Shown piece by piece: positions 58,801-64,000 of a DNA stretch of 64,000 bases; the first letter of the stretch is position 1, and every line of letters begins with the position of its first letter. A model generated the notes under the pieces. That model made no database searches and had not been told where the DNA came from. It was given only the letters and a program-made list of their open reading frames with translations. The position numbers and the translations under genes are program-made. The stretch is from Octopus sinensis (Eukaryota). Location of the stretch: NCBI RefSeq assembly GCF_006345805.1, contig NC_043000.1, positions 23,622,001 through 23,686,000 of the forward strand. The letters run 5' to 3'.

Positions 58801-61800
58801 TGCGACATCACTGGTGCCAAGCTGTATCGACCCCTTTGCCTTTCCCTTGGATAACACTGGTGGCGTGGAGAGGGGAAGCTGGTATGCATGGGTGACTGCT
58901 GGTCTTCCATAAACAACCTTGTCCGGATTTGTGCCTCGGAGGGTAACTTTCTAGGTACAATCCCATGATCAGTCATGACCGAAGGAGGTCTCAACAGATA
59001 CACAATACACAAGGGCAGGCCATGGTAATCATTGCTGGATTGCTTCTGATCAAAAGACTGTTTGGTCAAGGTAGACCTGGGGCTAAACAACATCAGTGAC
59101 AAATATTTCATTAGCTTAAAGTGTGGAGTTTAACTCATTCTGCCGAGCTGGAGGAAGTAATGGATAATGATAAATGGAAAATAAAGAAGTGAAATACAAC
59201 CTGTGCATGCATTTATTATTGGTGTAATGGTCTTCCCAAGATTCAACAAAATGTTTTAACACACAAGTTCACATCAAGAATCTTGTAAACCAAACACGAA
59301 AATGAAACAGGTAATAATGCTACAAGTAAGCTTATACAAAATATAAAAGATTACCATTGATAACAAGCTTAGACCCCATTGGAACACAGATCATTAAACA
59401 CATCGCTCCTTTACAGAAAGGGTGGAAGTAATACAATTTGTAAAATTCAGTAGCTTTCAGAATATCGGCAAACTTGCTCAACTGGTTTTTGACATCACAA
59501 CATGCTGCATATGTATTAACATCTGGGACTTCAGAACCCTGAAAAAGAGAATAAAATGAGAAAATAATTTTAATTATACAAAATGTCAAAGGAGTTCTCT
59601 TTGTGCCTAGAGGTAAATTTTTAACAGCAAAATTGAAGCAAATCTCTCAATATATATAAAGCTGAAGCTGTCTGTGTATGGCAGGTTTGGAGCCTTCAAC
59701 TAACACTATCTCTTCCGAGACCCTGCGGCACAAGTTGACCAAAATTGAGAGTATGATAGAAGAAGGCTTGCTCTTCCTTCCGTAGAAGAAAAAATTCAAA
59801 TCAGACCATGTTAACACCAAAAATTATTTACATCAAAAAGGTGCTTTTTTTGTATGAAAATCCCTATTTTTTACGATTTTTTGACTGCTGTGTCAACATT
59901 TTTCGGTGTATTTCAACCAGAAAAATGTTCATTTAATGATCAATAACAAGCTACATAAAGCAAAATTTTTACTTTTCAAAAATTCCAATTCTAAAGGGTC
60001 GAAACAAACCCGAGCAACGCCGGGCGTTACTGCTAGTATTATATATTTTTAAACAGCACTTTAAACAGAATTAGTTTCATTTTATGTATTCATTTTAACA
60101 TTGATGTTTCTCCTTCAAAAATGGAAGAAAAATAGAATTGGAGATCAAATGTTTAATTACAAGAAGAAGATAAGGAAGGGGAGTCAAAAGTGTATCACTA
60201 AAAGAGGAATTTATGAAAGAATATAATAAAAAATCACTGTTGTATTTTGATGGCAAGTTTGCAATTATATGGTAAACTCAGTATCACCCAGGAAATAAGC
60301 AAAGCAGCTGAGGGCCAATTTGTAAAGTAAGAATCTTTGCAATTTCACATGAATTTATTATTTCAATCAAAATGACTGAAAATTACTTTTCTATGTCAAT
60401 ACAAAGTGGAGGCACATGGCCCAGTGGTTAGAGCAGCAGACTTGCGGTCGAGGGATTGCAAGTTCGAATCTCAGACCCGGCGATGTGTGTGTTCCATGCA
60501 GCTCCAGCAGAAGGTAATGGCGAACTTCTGCTGACTCTTTCACCACAACTTTCTCTCACTCTTTCCTCCTGCATCTTGCAGCTCACCTGCGACGGACCAG
60601 CATCCCATCCAGGTGGGGAACCTATACGCCAAGGAAACCGGTCCTTATGAGCCAGGCACAGCTCAAGAAGGAACAAACATGTCAATACAATAATCCACAT
60701 TCTTTGGTTCCAAGGGTCAGAAATTAAGGGGAAGTTATTTTAGGCAAAGGGCATGTTACCTAAGTACATTAGTCAGAAAATTTTAATGGCACAATGTACT
60801 AACTTTGCTAAAAACTGCAACACACAACAGACAAACATACTTAAAATTTTAATACTTTGAAAATAAAGCAATAAGGATAATTTACAAACTAACACAAATT
60901 ATGAAGTCAGTGGTGATAGATGGATGGATGGACAACAAAAAACAGAAATAGATTAGCTGAAACAGATAATGAACAATTGCTATTCTGATAGGGGCTATGT
61001 TATTGTATTTTCAGTTGATGTCCGCTTTCCATGCTAGCATGGGTTGGACGATTTGACTGAGGTCTGGCGAACCAAATGGCTGCACCAGACTACAATCTGA
61101 TCTGGCAGAGTTTCTACAGTTGGATGCCCTTCCTAACGCCAACCACTCCGAGAGTGTAGTGGGTGCTTTTACGTGCCACTGGCACGGAGCCAGTCAGGCA
61201 GTACTGGCAACGACCTCGCTCGAATCTTTTTACACATGCCACCGGCATAGGTGCCAGTAAGGCGACACTGGTAACAATCATGTTCGAATGGTGCCTTTTA
61301 CGTGTCACTGGCACGGAGGCCAGTTAGACGCTCTGGCAACGATCACACTCGGATGGTGGATTAGCACCCTACTAGCATGGGGCTCAAGTGCCAGTAAGGT
61401 GATGCTGGTAACAATCACGCTTGAATGGTGCCTTTTAAGTGCCACTGGCACGGAAGCCGGTTAGCCGCTCAGTCAACGGCACAGAAATATATGGTATACG
61501 TGGTGCCATAATAGCTTATTAGAATTAAGGAATAAAAAACAAGCAAAAGAAAGCATTTCCTTGTAAACTTACATCACATAAATAAAATCCAGAGTCAAGC
61601 ATTAAATAGTGGAGAGCAACAATTAGAGACTGATGTAGATTTTTAGGAGGGGTTTCTGACAGGAGCATCTGAAGTGATATTTTGTCTCCACTAATGTATT
61701 GCGGTGAATAGGAAGTATCAAAACCACATGTTGACTGAGATGTAGCAGCTTCTGGTTCAATCTCCACTGTTGAAATATTGGTATTTTCAGGATCTTTTGA

Positions 61801-61836
61801 GGATGTACTGTCCTTTATGGTGTTACTTACATTCAT
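43820..61836 (-). CDS. FBXO7: FBXO7/nutcracker-like F-box protein; 5'-partial, 9 exons, 1053 nt incl. stop
   Basis: Phase-compatible exon chain giving an FP (FBXO7/PI31) domain (LIVALHYLMLDSGF, YKLYYFHPFCKG, CVPMGSKLVING, YQKLSKLTRIFKD), an F-box (LLALHSEIMLNIMSHLDVKSLSKFSQVCRHLWILSQDNLLWRTLCQRDF) and a Pro-rich tail with IGGDYDLQP. Confidence 0.9.
44988..45159 (-). CDS. FBXO7: FBXO7 exon (172 nt), KYKGLYQSQKR...PPPAPQPSPFSTIGGDYDLQPAYFS
   Basis: tttctccacag| acceptor and |gtaagt donor; IGGDYD motif. Confidence 0.9.
46451..46488 (-). CDS. FBXO7: FBXO7 exon (38 nt), GCDTTDVANDWRK
   Basis: ctttttcag| acceptor and |gtaagt donor; same length and DW motif as the recalled 38-nt human exon. Confidence 0.88.
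48536..48659 (-). CDS. FBXO7: FBXO7 exon (124 nt), LNIMSHLDVKSLSKFSQVCRHLWILSQDNLLWRTLCQRDFK (F-box)
   Basis: Pyrimidine tract, aacag| acceptor and |gtaagt donor; F-box pattern LD-x-x-SL..VCR....D..LW. Confidence 0.93.
49362..49910 (+). mobile_element. CR1/L2-group LINE, 5'-truncated copy (ORF2 C-terminus, short UTR, (ATT)n tail)
   Basis: Uninterrupted LYTAMVRPHLEFASSVWNPY...LESVQRRATK...LRRL...TRGH...RKHFFTLRVAEAWNKLP. The same tail (gtgcacctgagcactgta) occurs on - at about 33530-33570. Confidence 0.9.
50456..50508 (-). CDS. FBXO7: FBXO7 exon (53 nt), ALGFPDYTGLLALHSEIM (F-box start)
   Basis: ttttttgcag| acceptor and |gtaagt donor; resembles recalled human ALNLPDVFGLVVLPLELK. Confidence 0.9.
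50700..52190 (-). repeat. Three family C SINEs with a duplicated unique spacer (about 558-bp tandem duplication)
   Basis: Spacer at 51061-51255 is repeated at 51619-51810; the middle SINE is a mosaic of the outer two. Confidence 0.92.
53945..54590 (-). mobile_element. SINE family B multimer (three units)
   Basis: Junctions atacctatttcttta at about 54121 and 54353. Confidence 0.85.
54786..54878 (-). CDS. FBXO7: FBXO7 exon (93 nt), ESFTTSYQKLSKLTRIFKDTFVLCMLGELKH
   Basis: tttgtctttcag| acceptor and |gttagt donor; resembles recalled human IYKDLQKLSRLFKD. Confidence 0.9.
55270..55670 (+). mobile_element. RTE LINE 3' end (another family); a related fragment lies on - at about 33640-33870
   Basis: LRTERAMAREMCGVKL...LGLEE...EHVLRRVIVFEVNGKRK...RKMWRRQVEEE...WREGV, with a (GAT)n tail; the 33.7 kb copy reads WWYGHVLRR. 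Confidence 0.8.
56246..56335 (-). CDS. FBXO7: FBXO7 exon (90 nt), GKVVTPKVENSSLPKAILCPKEYVNEENNS
   Basis: ctgttag| acceptor and |gtttgt donor; phase 1-1; open frame. Confidence 0.82.
57194..57610 (-). mobile_element. SINE family B dimer with an 11-bp TSD
   Basis: aaatcaatatt at 57183-57193 and 57611-57621. Confidence 0.88.
58657..58995 (+). mobile_element. tRNA-derived SINE family D with an 11-bp TSD; second copy at about 63412-63740
   Basis: A box TGGCTCAGTGG at 58666-58676; B box GTTCGAATC at 58711-58719; agatacacaat at 58646-58656 and 58996-59006. Confidence 0.9.
59355..59538 (-). CDS. FBXO7: FBXO7 exon (184 nt), GSEVPDV...YKLYYFHPFCKGAMCLMICVPMGSKLVIN
   Basis: ctttttcag| acceptor and |gtaatc donor. 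Confidence 0.92.
59643..60036 (+). mobile_element. Non-autonomous Helitron
   Basis: 5' A|TCTCTCAATATATATAAA...gtctgtgt; hairpin cccgagcaacgccggg at 60009-60024; 3' CTAG|T. Confidence 0.88.
60405..60678 (+). mobile_element. tRNA-derived SINE family F with a 12-bp TSD
   Basis: atgtcaatacaa at 60393-60404 and 60679-60690; A and B boxes in the head. Confidence 0.9.
61573..61836 (-). CDS. FBXO7: FBXO7 exon (264 nt), MNVSNT...LIVALHYLMLDSGFYLCD
   Basis: Donor gtaagt at 61572-61567 is clear. The acceptor (ttttatttgaag|) is less certain. Confidence 0.8.
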
Positions 61837-64000
61837 CTTCAAATAAAATTTTTAAAAATATATTTCTTATTTCCATAATCAAACAAAACATCAATAAATT
61901 GTAATACACTTGATAAGAGATCATCATCATCATTTTAATATCCACTTATCCATGTTTACATAAACTGGATAGAATTTTTTGAGGTACAGTTTCTACAGCC
62001 AGATGCCCTTCCTGTCACCAACTTGTATCTTTTTCCAAGCAAGGCAATAATTCCCAAGGCCAGACATGTTATTGTAGAATACTAGAAATAAATGACATTT
62101 ATTATTTACAACAATTATGCAATGTTAAGACAAGAAGGCACACTCTCTCTCTCACACACACACAGAACAGTGTGATGGCTGAATCTTTAGCACACCAGGT
62201 AAAATGCTTGGTAGCATTTCGTCTGTTTTTACATTCTGAATTCAAATTCTGCCAAGGTCAACTTTGCCTTTCATCCTTTTGGGGACGGAGAGTGGGGGCA
62301 ATAAAATAATGTAATCAACTAGTCCCTTCATGCCAAATGCTGGCTTTCTGCCAAAATTTGGAACATATAATTTTGGCTGTGTGGTAAGAATTCTGCTTCC
62401 CAACCACATGGTTCTGGGTTCAATCCCACTGCGTGACAACTTAAGCAAGTGTTTTCTATTATAGCCTTGGGCCAACCAAAACCTTGTGAATGGATTTGGT
62501 AGACAGAAGCTGAAGGAAGCCTGTTGTATGTGTGTATTTGTGTCTGCCCCCCCCCCCCCCCCAGTCACTGCTTGACAACTAGTCTTGATGTGCTTATGTT
62601 CCTGTAACTTAACTGTTTGGCAAAAGAGACCAATAGAATAAGCATTAGGCTTAAAAAATAAGTCCCAAGGTCAATTTGTTCAACCAAAACCCTTCAAGGC
62701 AGTAACTCCAGCATGGTTGCAGTTAAATGACTGAAGCAAATAAAAGAACATATATATATATTTATATATATAAAAAGCACCATCCAATCATGGCCGTTTC
62801 CAGCCTACCCTGGCAGTTGTGCCGATGGCACGTAAAAAGCACCATCTGTACATGGTCGATGCCAGCACCGCCTTGACTAGCTTCCGTGCCAGTGACACGT
62901 AAAAAGCACCCACTACAATCACGGAGTGGTTGTCGTTAGGAAGGGCATCCAGCTGTAGAAACACTGCCTGATCAGACTGGAGCCTGGTGCAGCCTCCTGG
63001 CTTCCCAGACCCCGGTCAAACCGTCCAACCCGTGCTAGCATGGAAAACGGATGTTAAACGATGATGATGATATATATATATACACACACACACACTTTCA
63101 TATATACACAAAGATGGAGCCTTGTATCTTTGTTGGAAACCAGCTCCCTCCTCAGTGGAAGATTTATAATTAAAAAATAGAAGAGGCATACATACATTCC
63201 CACACTAGCATTGAACAACGACAGTAAATGCTCAACACCACATTTGTTGGATAATCATCATTGTTTAACATCCGCTTTCCATGCTACAACACACACAAAC
63301 ACAACAAGCTTCTTTCAGTTTCTGTCCAAGGCTATAGTAGAAGACATTTGCCCAAGGTGCCGTGCAGTGGGGCTGAAACCAAAAACCAGGTTAGAAAGCA
63401 GACTTCTTAACCACATGGCTCAGTGGTTTGAGCATCAGGCTCACAATCATGAGGTAGTGAGTTTGATTCCTGGACCAGACTGTGTTTTGTGTTCTTGAGC
63501 AAGACACTTTATTTCACGTTACTCCAGTTCACTCAGTTGTAGAAATGAGTTGTGACATCACTGGTGCCAAGCTGTATCAGCCTTTTCCTTTCCCTTGGAT
63601 AACATCAGTGATGTGAAGAGGGGAAGCTGACATGCATAGGTGAGTGCTGGTTTTCCATAATGAACCTTGCCTAGACTTGTGCCTCGGAGGGTAACTTTCT
63701 AGGTGCAATCCCATGGTCATTCATGACCGAAGCTTGTCTTTACCATAGAGATTAATAGTAATTTCAAATATCAAATACTTCTTGTTAAACATAATTTTGC
63801 ATTTTTGAAATCTACATATAGTTAAGTTAGAAAAAAAACCCAAAAACTGAAGCTATTCTAAAGAGGAATTTTACTAAATTTATGCAAGAGTCCTTTAACA
63901 TTTGATATACATTTTAAAAATATCTTTCCTAAAATGCATATAATTTTGCCCATAACGTCAAAGACTGAGAATTTATAAACATGTTGCTTCCCTAAATTTA

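Noticed and set aside
61573-61842. Treating the ATG at 61836 or 61842 as the gene start, or calling the gene PSMF1/PI31
   Set aside because: The ATG follows a plausible acceptor, and FBXO7 normally has an upstream ubiquitin-like domain, probably outside the window, although a short isoform cannot be excluded. The downstream F-box rules out PI31.

Overview
AT-rich, repeat-dense animal genomic DNA. The SINE and LINE complement looks like an octopod cephalopod; this is inferred from recalled repeat families, not from a search. Two intron-rich genes converge tail-to-tail. On + are the last 13 coding exons of UBA3, the NEDD8-activating E1 catalytic subunit (3106-41818, 379 aa recoverable). One UBA3 intron is a minor-spliceosome U12 AT-AC intron (10770-14161). 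On - are the last 9 coding exons of an FBXO7/nutcracker-like F-box gene (61836-43820, 350 aa recoverable: FP domain, F-box, short proline-rich tail). The 5' ends of both genes lie outside the window. Most intronic sequence is mobile DNA: roughly 30 5'-truncated RTE-LINE 3' ends, at least four tRNA-derived SINE families, CR1 and other RTE fragments, two non-autonomous Helitrons, a Helitron helicase remnant, TTAA-bounded MITEs, two long fold-back palindromes, and micro- and minisatellites. Nearly all ORF-track entries are repeat artefacts. I found no convincing new protein-coding system. The most interesting observations are the AT-AC intron, SINE multimers bounded by a single target-site duplication (TSD), a hairpin-cassette RTE 3' UTR that spawned a minisatellite, long intronic hairpins around the UBA3 catalytic region, a SINE-mediated unequal-crossover triplication, and divergences in the FBXO7 F-box and C-terminus. 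Exon, TSD and terminal-repeat coordinates were counted by hand; other repeat boundaries are approximate.
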